NCBI GenBank assembly: GCA_965208575.1 | Contig: CBDBOV010000006.1 | Location: forward strand, 512,001-576,000 | From: Spirochaetia bacterium | Lineage (GTDB): Bacteria > Spirochaetota > Spirochaetia > SZUA-6 > Bin103 | Direction: 5' to 3' | DNA: 64,000 nt | Part shown: in pieces, positions 38,882 through 48,570 of the stretch | How the letters are laid out: every line of letters starts with the position of its first letter | Numbering within the stretch: the stretch's first letter is position 1 | The notes under the pieces: generated by a model | Seen by the model: only the letters and a program-made list of their open reading frames with translations | Told to the model about the DNA's origin: nothing | Database searches by the model: none | Position numbers and translations under genes: made by a program

Positions 38882-40659
38882 GCCAGGCGCGCGGGGCGGC
38901 GGCAGCCCTGGACGAACGCGAGTACCTTGCCGCGGTAGCGAAGCTGGTCGAGCACGCCTGGCCCGCCGGTGTGCCGCGCGAGGTCCGCTACCCGCTCGGC
39001 GAGATCCCGGTGACCGAGCACCTGCGCCACGCGGCGCGCGCGACACCCGACAAGACCTGCGTCGCCTACTACGGCTATCGGCTCACCTACGCCGAACTCG
39101 ACGAGGCCAGCGACCGGTTCGCCGCCTTCCTGCAGGCGCGCGGGCTGGTACGCGGAGACCGCGTGGCGGTGCTCCTCTACAACTGCCCGCAGTATTTCAT
39201 CGTGTTCTACGGCATCCTCAAGCTCGGCTGCGCGCACGTACCGGTGAACCCGATGTTCAAGCTGCACGAGTTGCGCCACCAGCTCGCCGACGCCGACCCC
39301 AGGGTCGTGGTGGCGATGGACCGGCTGCATCCGCTGGTCGAGGCGGTGCGGGACGCAACCAACCTGGAGGCGGTGGTCGTCACCCGCTTCGCCGACTACC
39401 TCCCGAGCGAGCCCAGCCTGCCGCTGCCGAAGCTGCTGCAGGAGCCGCCGCGCGCCTGTCCCGGCGCCGTCGACCTGCCGGAGCTGCTGGCCAGCCACGG
39501 GCCCGACTCTACCTATCCGGCCCCGAGCCTCGACGACCTGGCCAGCATCAACTACACCGGCGGCACCACCGGGATGCCGAAAGGGTGCATGCACACGCAG
39601 CGCAACATGCTGCATTCCTGCACCGCGGGCAGGGTAACGTACCTGCGCCCCGGCGCCTCGCCGCGCGACATCCGTACCGTGTCCTACGTGGCGAGCTTCT
39701 GGATCTCCGGCCAGCTCCGGCTGGTCGACACGGTGCTGACCGGATCGACGCTCATCTACTTCGCCCGCTGGGACGCCGAAGCCGTGCTGCAGGCGATCGA
39801 GCGGTACCGGGCTACCCACCTCGGTGGACCGCTGGACACCATCGTGGAACTGATGGAACGCCCGGACATCGAGCGCCGCGACCTGAGCTCGCTCGAAGTC
39901 ACCACCTGCACGTCGTTCGTCAAGAAGCTCAACCTCGGCTACCGGCGCCGCTGGCGCGAACTGACCGGGATCACCCTGCACGAGTCGTCGTTCGGGATGA
40001 CCGAGACCCATACCTGGGACACGTTCACGATGGGAATGCAGGCCGGCGACCTGGACCTGAAGTCCACGCCCATCTTCGTGGGGCTGCCCACCGCCGGCAC
40101 CCGCTACAAGATCGTCGACCGCGACCGTGGCCGGCTGGTGCCGCTCGGGCAGGAGGGGGAAATCGTGGTGTCCTCGCCGTCGCTCATGAAGGGCTACTGG
40201 CGGGATCCCGAGAAGAGTGCCGAGCATATCCGGGACGGGTGGTTTCGCACCGGCGACGTCGGCATGATCGACGAGCGCGGCTACCTGCACTACCTCGGCC
40301 GCGACAAGGAAATGCTCAAGGTCAAGGGCATGAACGTGTACCCGTTCGAGCTCGAGAGCCTGCTTGGTCATCACCCGGCGATCGCCGGCAGTGCGGTGGT
40401 GGGCCGCGCCGACCGCGAGCGCGGCGAGGTGCCGGTGGCGTTCGTGAAGCTCGCGCCCGGCTGCGAGGCGACCACGGGCGAGGAGATCGGCACCTGGTGC
40501 CGCGACAACATGGCGACCTACAAGGTGCCCGAGATCTGTATCGTGGATGAGTTCCCGCTGACGGAGGTCGGCAAGGTGAGCAAGGTCATGCTGCGCCGGC
40601 AGTTGGCGGAGGCGGCGGCGGACGGCGCGGCGGCTTCCGCCTACCAAGTGTCGATGTAG
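38878..40659 (+). CDS. AMP-dependent acyl-CoA ligase
   Basis: YTGGTTGMPKG, FGMTE, WFRTGD, GRDKEMLKVKG. Confidence 0.92.
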   Translation: MSQARGAAAALDEREYLAAVAKLVEHAWPAGVPREVRYPLGEIPVTEHLRHAARATPDKTCVAYYGYRLTYAELDEASDRFAAFLQARGLVRGDRVAVLLYNCPQYFIVFYGILKLGCAHVPVNPMFKLHELRHQLADADPRVVVAMDRLHPLVEAVRDATNLEAVVVTRFADYLPSEPSLPLPKLLQEPPRACPGAVDLPELLASHGPDSTYPAPSLDDLASINYTGGTTGMPKGCMHTQRNMLHSCTAGRVTYLRPGASPRDIRTVSYVASFWISGQLRLVDTVLTGSTLIYFARWDAEAVLQAIERYRATHLGGPLDTIVELMERPDIERRDLSSLEVTTCTSFVKKLNLGYRRRWRELTGITLHESSFGMTETHTWDTFTMGMQAGDLDLKSTPIFVGLPTAGTRYKIVDRDRGRLVPLGQEGEIVVSSPSLMKGYWRDPEKSAEHIRDGWFRTGDVGMIDERGYLHYLGRDKEMLKVKGMNVYPFELESLLGHHPAIAGSAVVGRADRERGEVPVAFVKLAPGCEATTGEEIGTWCRDNMATYKVPEICIVDEFPLTEVGKVSKVMLRRQLAEAAADGAAASAYQVSM

Positions 40660-43600
40660 GGGCGCTTCTTGCCCGACCGCGGCGCCGGCGGCGGCAGCCG
40701 CCGCAGGCTGGCGGCGATCCAGCGGCGGGTGTCGGCGGGGTCGATGACGTCGTCGATGCCGCCGCCGGCTACGGCGTTGACGGCCTTGGCCCGTTCGTAG
40801 GCGTCCGCGACCCGGCGCTCGAACTCCACGCGCCGCTGCTCGGGATCCGCGATCGCCGCCAGCTCCCGGCGGTAGCCGAGCTTGACCGCGCCTTCCAGGT
40901 TCATGCCGGAGAATTCGGCGGTCGGCCAGGCGACGGTAAAGAACCCGAGCAGCGAGCAGGCGCCGCACATCGCCTGCACGCCGAGCCCGTACGCCTTGCG
41001 CACGATCACGCCGAACAGCGGCGTGCTCAGGTTGGCGCCGGTGTTGAACATGCGCGCGCTGTGCCTGACCAGCGCCGTGCGCTCGTGCTCCGGCCCGACC
41101 ATGATGCCGGGGCAGTCCATCAGGCTCAGCACCGGGAGGTCGAACGCGTCGCACAGTTGCAGGAAGCGCGCGCCCTTGTCGGCGCCGTCGGAATCGATCG
41201 CCCCGGCCAGGTGATGCGGGTTGTTGGCGAGCACCCCCATGGGGCGGCCCTCGACCCGGATCAGTGCGGTGATGATGCCGACGCCGAACCGCTCGCGCAG
41301 CTCCAGGACCGAGCCGCGGTCGGCGATGGTGTCGATCACCGCGCGCATGTCGTACAGGCGCAGCCGGTTGTCCGGCACCACGTGGCGCAGGCGGCGCTGG
41401 TCGTGGCTGTCCCAGTCATCGAGCGCGCCCTGGAAATAGGAGAGGTAGCGCTTGGCCACGTCGACGGCGCTCGCCTCGTCCTCGACCAGGATGTCGACCA
41501 CGCCGTTGGCGACCTGGAACGACATCGGCCCCACCTCCTCCGGCGTATAGACCCCCAGGCCGCCGCCCTCGATCATCGCCGGCCCGCCCATCCCGATGGT
41601 CGAATTCCGGGTCGCGATGATGACGTCGCAGCAGGCCAGCAGCGCGGTGTTGCCGGCAAAGCAGCGCCCGTTGTTGATGCCGACCAGCGGCACCAGGCCG
41701 CTGAGTTGCGAGAACTGCATGAAGGTGGAAGTGTCCATGGCCACCCGCGGCCCCACGTAGTCGTCGCCGGGGCGGCCGCCGCCGCCCTCGGTGAACACCA
41801 CCACCGGCAGCCGGTAGCGCGTCGCCAGTTCGTACATCCGGTCCTGCTTGTAGTGGTTGCGGCGGCCCTGGGTGCCGGCCAGCACGGTGTAGTCGTAGGC
41901 GACCACGATCGCGCGGGAGTGGCGGTCGGCGAACTGGTCGCCGTTGATCGACGCCGTACCGACGACCAGGCCGTCGCCCGGCGTCTTCTCGCGCAGCCCC
42001 TGGTCGTCGTTGCGCTGGTGCTGCTGCGCGACCACCAGCGGCCAGTACTCCTGGAACGAGCCAGGGTCGACGAGCTGGGCGATGTTGCGGCGCGCCATGC
42101 GGAACCCGCGCTGCCGCCGCTTGGCAACCGCTTGCGGCCGGTTCTCGTCCAGCGTGTAGGCGTGCCGGTCGATCGCTTCCTGCAGGTCGGGACGGATGTG
42201 GTCGAGGTCGATCGACGATGCGGCGGCGGCGCTGCGTTGCCCCAGGTCGGCCGGTTCGACGTACACCAGCGGGTGTCCCTCGGCCACGACGTCACCAACG
42301 CGCACCGCGATGCCGCGCACGTGGCCCGCGGCCTCGGCCTCGACGAAGTGCTGCATCTTCATCGCTTCCACGACGACCAGTTCCCGGCCGGCGTGCACGG
42401 CATCGCCCACCGCCACCAGCACGCTGACGACGGTGCCCTGGATGGGAGCCGGCAGCGCGACCGAGCCGTCCGGGGCGGTCAGGGGCTTGGCCGTGTCGTC
42501 CCTACCGGCCTGGACCGCGGGATCGCCGTCCCCGGCCGCGCGGGCGTGGGCGAACACCGCCAGCGGATCGGTGCTGACCGGGTTCGCACCGCCGACGGGG
42601 GCCGCCCCGGCTGCGCCGGCGTGCGCGAACCCTGCCGGCGGATCGGTGCCGCCGGCCTGCGCGCCGCCCGCGGGGGCCGCCCCGGCCGCGCCGGCGTGGG
42701 AGAATACTGCCAGCGGATCGGTGCTCACGGTGTGTTCGCCGGCGGCGGGGGCGGTGCCGGCGAACGGCGGCCGGCGCGGGTCGGCTCGGGGCGCCGCGAG
42801 GTCGGACAGGTGGTCGTCGACGAACCTCGTGTACAGACGGCCGGCGCGGAAGTCCGGGTGGTCGATGAGGTTCCGCAGGAACGGGATGTTGGTCGCCACG
42901 CCCGCCAGGCGGAACTCGCCCAGTGCCCGTGACGTGCGCCGCACCGCGTCCTCGAAGTTCGGCGACGGCGAGTGGCCGACCACCTTGGCCAGCAGCGAGT
43001 CGAACGCGGGGTTGGTGGTATAGCCGGCGTAGCCGTAGGTGTCGGTGCGCACCCCGGGCCCGGTCGGCGGTTCGAACGCGGTGATGGTTCCCGCCGCGGG
43101 CCGCACCCGGCCGTCGGCGCCAAGGGTCTCCAGGTTCACGCGTGCCTGGATCGCGAAGCCGCGCGGGGCGGGGATCTGCTCCTGCGCGAGCCCGAGCTCC
43201 GCCAGCGACCGGCCGCCGGCGATGCCGAGCTGCGCCTGCACCAGGTCGAGGCCGGTGACCGCCTCGGTAACCGTGTGCTCCACCTGCAGCCGCGGGTTGG
43301 CCTCGACAAAGTAGAACGCGGCAGCGTCGCCGGAGTCATCGCCCGAGTCGTTTGCGTCCACCAGGAACTCGAATGTCCCGAGGCCGCGGTAACCGGCCGC
43401 GGACGCCACGCGCTTGGCCGCGTCGATGATGCGCGCGCGCAACGCGCCGGGCAGGCCGGGCGCCGGGGCGATCTCGACCAGCTTCTGGTGGCGCCGCTGC
43501 GCGCTGCATTCGCGCTCGCCGACCTGCACCACCTCGGTGCCGTCACCGACGATCTGCACCTCCACGTGGCGCGCCCTGGTGACCATCCGCTCCACGTACA

Positions 43601-44192
43601 GCGTCCCGTCGCCGAACGCCGCCTGCGCCTCGGAGCGGCACCGTTCGAAGGCGGCTGCAACCTGGTCCGCGCTCGACACGGCGCGGGTGCCGCGCCCGCC
43701 GCCGCCGGCCACCGCCTTGATCATCATCGCGGAGCCGGCGGGAAGTGCCTCGAAAAAGGCGGCCGCCTGGCCGGCGCTGGTCGCTGCGCTGGTGCCGGGC
43801 AGCACCGGAACGTCGTGCGCGGCCGCCGCGGCCCGCGCCCGCAGCTTGTCGCCGAACAGCTCCAGCGTGTCGACCGCCGGCCCCACGAAGCGCAGCCCGC
43901 CCTCCTCGCAGGCGCGCGCGAAGGCGGCGCTCTCGGCCAGGAACCCGTAGCCGGGGTGGATCGCGTCGCAGCCGGCCGCGCGCGCGAGCCGCACGATCGC
44001 GGTGCCGTCCAGGTAGGCGGGTACGCCGCGCCCGGACAGCGGCAGCGCCTCGTCGGCCGCCTGGACGTGCAGCGACGCCGCGTCGTCCTGCGAGTGGATG
44101 GCGACGGTGGCGATGCCGAGGTCGGCGGCGGCGCGCGCCACGCGCACCGCGACCTCGCCGCGGTTCGCGATCAGGAGCTTGCGCAGCGCCAC
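40641..44192 (-). CDS. Single-chain biotin-dependent acyl-CoA carboxylase (BC-BCCP-CT fusion)
   Basis: LLIANRGE, HPGYGFLAES, NPRLQVEH, EAMKM, carboxyltransferase motifs. Confidence 0.92.
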   Translation of the reverse strand: MALRKLLIANRGEVAVRVARAAADLGIATVAIHSQDDAASLHVQAADEALPLSGRGVPAYLDGTAIVRLARAAGCDAIHPGYGFLAESAAFARACEEGGLRFVGPAVDTLELFGDKLRARAAAAAHDVPVLPGTSAATSAGQAAAFFEALPAGSAMMIKAVAGGGGRGTRAVSSADQVAAAFERCRSEAQAAFGDGTLYVERMVTRARHVEVQIVGDGTEVVQVGERECSAQRRHQKLVEIAPAPGLPGALRARIIDAAKRVASAAGYRGLGTFEFLVDANDSGDDSGDAAAFYFVEANPRLQVEHTVTEAVTGLDLVQAQLGIAGGRSLAELGLAQEQIPAPRGFAIQARVNLETLGADGRVRPAAGTITAFEPPTGPGVRTDTYGYAGYTTNPAFDSLLAKVVGHSPSPNFEDAVRRTSRALGEFRLAGVATNIPFLRNLIDHPDFRAGRLYTRFVDDHLSDLAAPRADPRRPPFAGTAPAAGEHTVSTDPLAVFSHAGAAGAAPAGGAQAGGTDPPAGFAHAGAAGAAPVGGANPVSTDPLAVFAHARAAGDGDPAVQAGRDDTAKPLTAPDGSVALPAPIQGTVVSVLVAVGDAVHAGRELVVVEAMKMQHFVEAEAAGHVRGIAVRVGDVVAEGHPLVYVEPADLGQRSAAAASSIDLDHIRPDLQEAIDRHAYTLDENRPQAVAKRRQRGFRMARRNIAQLVDPGSFQEYWPLVVAQQHQRNDDQGLREKTPGDGLVVGTASINGDQFADRHSRAIVVAYDYTVLAGTQGRRNHYKQDRMYELATRYRLPVVVFTEGGGGRPGDDYVGPRVAMDTSTFMQFSQLSGLVPLVGINNGRCFAGNTALLACCDVIIATRNSTIGMGGPAMIEGGGLGVYTPEEVGPMSFQVANGVVDILVEDEASAVDVAKRYLSYFQGALDDWDSHDQRRLRHVVPDNRLRLYDMRAVIDTIADRGSVLELRERFGVGIITALIRVEGRPMGVLANNPHHLAGAIDSDGADKGARFLQLCDAFDLPVLSLMDCPGIMVGPEHERTALVRHSARMFNTGANLSTPLFGVIVRKAYGLGVQAMCGACSLLGFFTVAWPTAEFSGMNLEGAVKLGYRRELAAIADPEQRRVEFERRVADAYERAKAVNAVAGGGIDDVIDPADTRRWIAASLRRLPPPAPRSGKKRPYIDTW

Positions 44193-44962
44193 TACCTGCC
44201 CTGCCAACGGGGCGGCCGCTTCTCGGCGAACGCCCGCGGTCCCTCGATGTAGTCCTCGCTGCCCCGCATCGCCTCGACCGAGTCGTACCGGCGCCGCATC
44301 GCCTCCTCGAGCGAGGGCGTGTCGAGGCTCCGGTACACCACGTCCTTGGATGCGCGGATCGACAGCGGCGCGCAGGCGCAGATCATCTGCGCCCAGCGGT
44401 TCGCCTCGCTCAGGATCTCGGCGTCGGGAACCACCGCGGTGACGAAGCCGAGATCGTAGCCCTCCTCCGCGGGTACGTGGCGGCCGGTGAGAATCATGCC
44501 GAGGGCGCGCTTGGTGCCGATCTCGCGAGGCAGACGCTGCATGCCGCCGGCGACGGCGGCCAGGCCCACCGTCGCCTCCGGCAGCGCGAACAGGGCGCTG
44601 CGCGCGGCGATGATCAGGTCGCAGGCGAGCGCGATCTCGAAACCACCGCCCATGCACACGCCGTTGACGGCGGCGATAATCGGCTTGGTCAGGTCGAAGC
44701 GGGAGGTCAGGCCGCCGAATCCTCGCGGCGTGGGCACGCGCCGTCCGCCTTCAGCCTGGTAGCGCAGGTCGTTGCCGGCGCAGAAGCCGCGGCCCTCCCC
44801 GGTGATGATCGCTACCCTGGCGTCGTCGTTGGCGGCGAAGTCGTCGAACACACGGCCGAGCTCGGCGTTGGCGGGCGGATGCAGCGCGTTGAGGCGCTCC
44901 GGTCGCGTGATCGTCACGGTCATGACGTGCCCGGACAGGTCGACCCGGCAGAATTCTGGCAT
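44192..44962 (-). CDS. Enoyl-CoA hydratase/isomerase
   Basis: RPERLNAL, FCAGNDL, GGGFEIALACD, PEATVG. Confidence 0.92.
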   Translation of the reverse strand: MPEFCRVDLSGHVMTVTITRPERLNALHPPANAELGRVFDDFAANDDARVAIITGEGRGFCAGNDLRYQAEGGRRVPTPRGFGGLTSRFDLTKPIIAAVNGVCMGGGFEIALACDLIIAARSALFALPEATVGLAAVAGGMQRLPREIGTKRALGMILTGRHVPAEEGYDLGFVTAVVPDAEILSEANRWAQMICACAPLSIRASKDVVYRSLDTPSLEEAMRRRYDSVEAMRGSEDYIEGPRAFAEKRPPRWQGR

Positions 44963-45125
44963 GGCGGTCCCTCCTTGGGGGAAAGTGTCTGGCGTCCTCG
45001 CCATCATATCTGTCTCGCCCCTCCCGGTCACAAGTGGAGGTCTCCGCGCGGACGTTGATCGCCCCGGAGCGGGTCGGCTACCCTGCTCGGGCCGCTTCCG
45101 AACGGGAGCGCACAGGAGGCTGCAC

Positions 45126-46184
45126 ATGACCACGCGCGCGGCGATTCAGGCCGAGCCCGGCGGACCGCTGATCATCGACGAGTTGGCGCTGCCCGACCCG
45201 GGCGCCGACCAGGTGGCGGTCAAGCTGTTGTCCAGCGGCATCTGCCACTCGCAGCTCCACGGCATGGCCAACGCCACCCGTCCGCGGCCGATGCTGCTCG
45301 GCCACGAGGGCACCGGCGTCGTCGTGCAGGCGGGAACGGAGGTGAGCCACGTGCGCGAGGGCGATCACGTGATCGTGACCTGGGTAACCCGAACCCCGCT
45401 GACGGTGCCGCAGGCCGCGGTGCCGCCGGTCGCCTTCGAGTACCGCGGGCAGCCGGTGTTCTACAACCACGTGCATACCTGGAGTGAGCACGTCGTCGCC
45501 GTGGCCGAGCGCGTGGTCGGTATCGCGCCGGACGTTCCCACCGACGTGAGCTGCATCGTCGGCTGCGCGGTGCTCACCGGGGCGGGCGCCGTGCTGTATA
45601 CGGCCGGGGTGCGGCCCGGCGACTCGGTGGCGGTGTTCGGAGTCGGCGGCGTGGGGCTGTCGGCGCTGCGCATGGCGGCGCTCCTGGAAGCGCATCCGGT
45701 GATCGCCGTGGACCTGCGCGACGACAAGCTGCAGTTCGCCCGCCGCTTTGGAGCGACCCACACCGTGAACGCCGGCCAGGCGGATCCGGTCGAGGCGATA
45801 AAGGACCTCACCGGCGGCGGGGTCGACTACGCCTTCGACACGATCGGGGTGCGGGCGACCACCGAGCAGATTCTCGACGCGACCCGTCCCGGCTGGATCG
45901 GCGCGCACAGCCACGGCGGCATGGCCGTCCTGGTCGGCGTGCCGCCGGCCGAGATGACCCTCGACCCGCGCAAGTTCATGATGCACCAGCGTCGCTACAT
46001 GGGCAGCCACGGCGCGTCGATCCCGGAGCGCGACTTCCCGATGTATCTGCGCCTGCACGCGGAGGGCAAGTTTCCCCTGGACGAACTGGTGACCGACCGC
46101 TACCGCCTCGACCATATCAACGAAGCCTGCGCGGCCCTGCGCGCCGGCGACATCATGGGCCGCGCCATCATCGAATACGACTGA
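45126..46184 (+). CDS. Zinc-binding alcohol dehydrogenase
   Basis: GICHS, GHEGTG, GVGGVG. Confidence 0.9.
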   Translation: MTTRAAIQAEPGGPLIIDELALPDPGADQVAVKLLSSGICHSQLHGMANATRPRPMLLGHEGTGVVVQAGTEVSHVREGDHVIVTWVTRTPLTVPQAAVPPVAFEYRGQPVFYNHVHTWSEHVVAVAERVVGIAPDVPTDVSCIVGCAVLTGAGAVLYTAGVRPGDSVAVFGVGGVGLSALRMAALLEAHPVIAVDLRDDKLQFARRFGATHTVNAGQADPVEAIKDLTGGGVDYAFDTIGVRATTEQILDATRPGWIGAHSHGGMAVLVGVPPAEMTLDPRKFMMHQRRYMGSHGASIPERDFPMYLRLHAEGKFPLDELVTDRYRLDHINEACAALRAGDIMGRAIIEYD

Positions 46185-46340
46185 CCCAGGACCTGCCTCA
46201 ACGTACCGAAGCGCATCTACCCCTCGCCCCACGCGTGGGGCGGCGGCGTATGCCGTCAAGCGTGTCACGATCCCGGAGCGGCGCGCCGAACCAGAATATT
46301 ACCTTTTGCATGATACTTTTTGTATGATACAATTCGACCC

Positions 46341-47465
46341 ATGAAGCAGTTCGTGTTCGATCGGTTGGTCGACCCTGAGAACATCTGCAACCTGCAGCGT
46401 GAGCGGCAGGTGCTCGGCGATGCGGTCGCGCGCGGATACCGCTTGGTCGTGTACGGCCCGCGCAACTACGGCAAGACCTCGGTGGTGCGCAACATCACCA
46501 TCGAGGAGTTCCGCCGCAACCGGGGGCGCCGCTTCGTGCTGTTTGCCGATCTGCTCGGGGTGCGTTCCATGCAATCCCTGACCCGGCGGCTCACCACCAG
46601 CCTGCAGCGCTCGTTCGCCGCCTCGTTCCCGGTCAGGAGTCTGCTGGAGAACGCGTCGCGGTTCCTCGGGGCACTGCGGCCGGAAATTGCGCTCGACCCG
46701 CAGACCGGGAGCCCGAGCCTGTCGTTTCAGACCCGCCAGCGGGAGTCGGCCCGCGACCTGCAGACACTCTGGGAACACATCGCCGGCATCACCGAGGAGC
46801 TCGACTCGCTCATCGTGCTCGACGAGTTTCAGGACGTGGCGTTCATCGACGAAGCGCCCGCGCAGTTGCGCTCCTGCCTGGAAGGGCTGGGCGCGACGCC
46901 CATTCTGCTGCTCGGCTCCAAGCGCCACATGCTCGCCGACCTGTTCGCCGCGCCGGGCGCCCCGCTGGGTGCTTGGGGGTCCGACCTGGAGTTCCGCCCG
47001 ATCCCCCACGACGAGTACCACCGGTACATGGAAGAACGGTTCAGCCCGCGCCGCCTGACGATCTCGCGCAAGGTGGCGGCCGCCCTGCAGGACGAAATGC
47101 AGCGCGTACCGGAGGCGATCAACCGACTGTGCGCCCAGTTGCTGGAGTTGCACCATGCCACCGAGATTGACCAAGCCATGGTGCGGGCCGCGCTGGTGAA
47201 GCTGCTGGAGAACCGGGAGGGACGGTTCGCGGCCTACCTGTCGGCGTTCTCCGCTAACGACGAGAGCGTCCTGACCGAGATCGCCCGCCGCGAGACGGTT
47301 GCGCATCCGCAATCCAAGGGCTTTCTCGCGAGCGTCGGGCTGTCCAACCGCACGGTGGCGCTGGCGGTCAGGCGGCTGTGTGACCGCGGCGTGATCGAGC
47401 AGGTCGCGGGCAGCTACCGGGTCGCCGATCCCCTGCTCGCCGCCTACCTCCGCCGCTACCGATAG
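46341..47465 (+). CDS. AAA+/archaeal-type ATPase with C-terminal HTH
   Basis: YGPRNYGKTS, VLDEFQ, YRVADP. Confidence 0.82.
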   Translation: MKQFVFDRLVDPENICNLQRERQVLGDAVARGYRLVVYGPRNYGKTSVVRNITIEEFRRNRGRRFVLFADLLGVRSMQSLTRRLTTSLQRSFAASFPVRSLLENASRFLGALRPEIALDPQTGSPSLSFQTRQRESARDLQTLWEHIAGITEELDSLIVLDEFQDVAFIDEAPAQLRSCLEGLGATPILLLGSKRHMLADLFAAPGAPLGAWGSDLEFRPIPHDEYHRYMEERFSPRRLTISRKVAAALQDEMQRVPEAINRLCAQLLELHHATEIDQAMVRAALVKLLENREGRFAAYLSAFSANDESVLTEIARRETVAHPQSKGFLASVGLSNRTVALAVRRLCDRGVIEQVAGSYRVADPLLAAYLRRYR

Positions 47466-47622
47466 CCGCCCAGATCGCTCACCAGGCAGCACCGGCACGT
47501 TTGCCCGGCGTACACCCGACAGGCCGGCGATTCGGCCCCCTGGTCTCGGTGTCGAGCGTGCCCGAGGCTGCGCGCATAGCCTTTCTCGATCAGTTGGTCG
47601 CGCCTGGTCATTACCTATCCCA

Positions 47623-48528
47623 CTAGCGGTTGGAGGTTGAGGGCTGGAAGGCGGCGGCGCGTTCGTCGCGGGTGGTGGGGGCGAGCTCGGTGGCGGGGTC
47701 GCCGGCGATGCGGGTGGCCTGCAGCACGCGCGGCTGCGACCGGTCGTAGGGCCGCGCCCGGTGTAGCACGCAGCGGTTGTCCCACACCAAGAGGTCGCCG
47801 GGCTGCCAGCGGTGGGTATACACCCGCGGCGGCCGGCACGCGCGCCGCAGCAGGTCTTCGACCAGCGCCTGCGCGTCGGCATCGTCCATGCCGGGGATGC
47901 GGTAGATGTGGCGCGCGATCTGCAGCGCCTTGCGCCCGGTGACGGGATGGGGCTTGACCAGCGGGCGGATCGGCGCGCCCTTGTCGTGGTAGCCGTAGCC
48001 GGCGCCGGTTTCCACCTGGTGGCCGATCCTGGCCTGCGACGCGTACAGGGAGTGATACGCCGACAGGCCGGCGAGCCGGTCCCTGGTCGCGGCGTCCAGG
48101 TCGTCCCAGGCGGCGCGCATGTCGGCGAACTCGGTTTCGCCGCCGCTGGCCGGCACCTCGAGGGCGGACAGCAGCCCCGCCTTGGCGGAGAGCGGCATGT
48201 AGGTGCTGTCCATGTGCCAGCCCTCGTTGCCGCGCAGCGTCTTGAAGCGGAAGTCGTCCGGCTGCAGCAGCGAGCCGTCCAGGTTCTTGTTGCTGAACAG
48301 CGGCGCTTCGATATTGTCCTCGCGCAGCATCTCGATGTCGCCGAACCGCTTGCCGAACGCGACCTGCGCGGAGGCGCGCAGATGCTGCCCCGGGAACACC
48401 AGCACCGCGTACTCCAGGAACGCCTCCTCCACCGCGCGCCACTCCTCGCCGCCGAGGCGGTTCAGGTCGACGCCGGTGATCACCGCGCCCAGGGTCGTCC
48501 CCTCGACCGGCTCGATGGTGGCTCTCAT
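47623..48528 (-). CDS. TauD/TfdA family 2-oxoglutarate/Fe(II) dioxygenase
   Basis: WHMDSTY, GGETEFADM, WDNRCVLHRA. Confidence 0.92.
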   Translation of the reverse strand: MRATIEPVEGTTLGAVITGVDLNRLGGEEWRAVEEAFLEYAVLVFPGQHLRASAQVAFGKRFGDIEMLREDNIEAPLFSNKNLDGSLLQPDDFRFKTLRGNEGWHMDSTYMPLSAKAGLLSALEVPASGGETEFADMRAAWDDLDAATRDRLAGLSAYHSLYASQARIGHQVETGAGYGYHDKGAPIRPLVKPHPVTGRKALQIARHIYRIPGMDDADAQALVEDLLRRACRPPRVYTHRWQPGDLLVWDNRCVLHRARPYDRSQPRVLQATRIAGDPATELAPTTRDERAAAFQPSTSNR

Positions 48529-48570
48529 CAGGTCACCTCTCGATCATGGTCATCCATGCGACAGTCAAGG

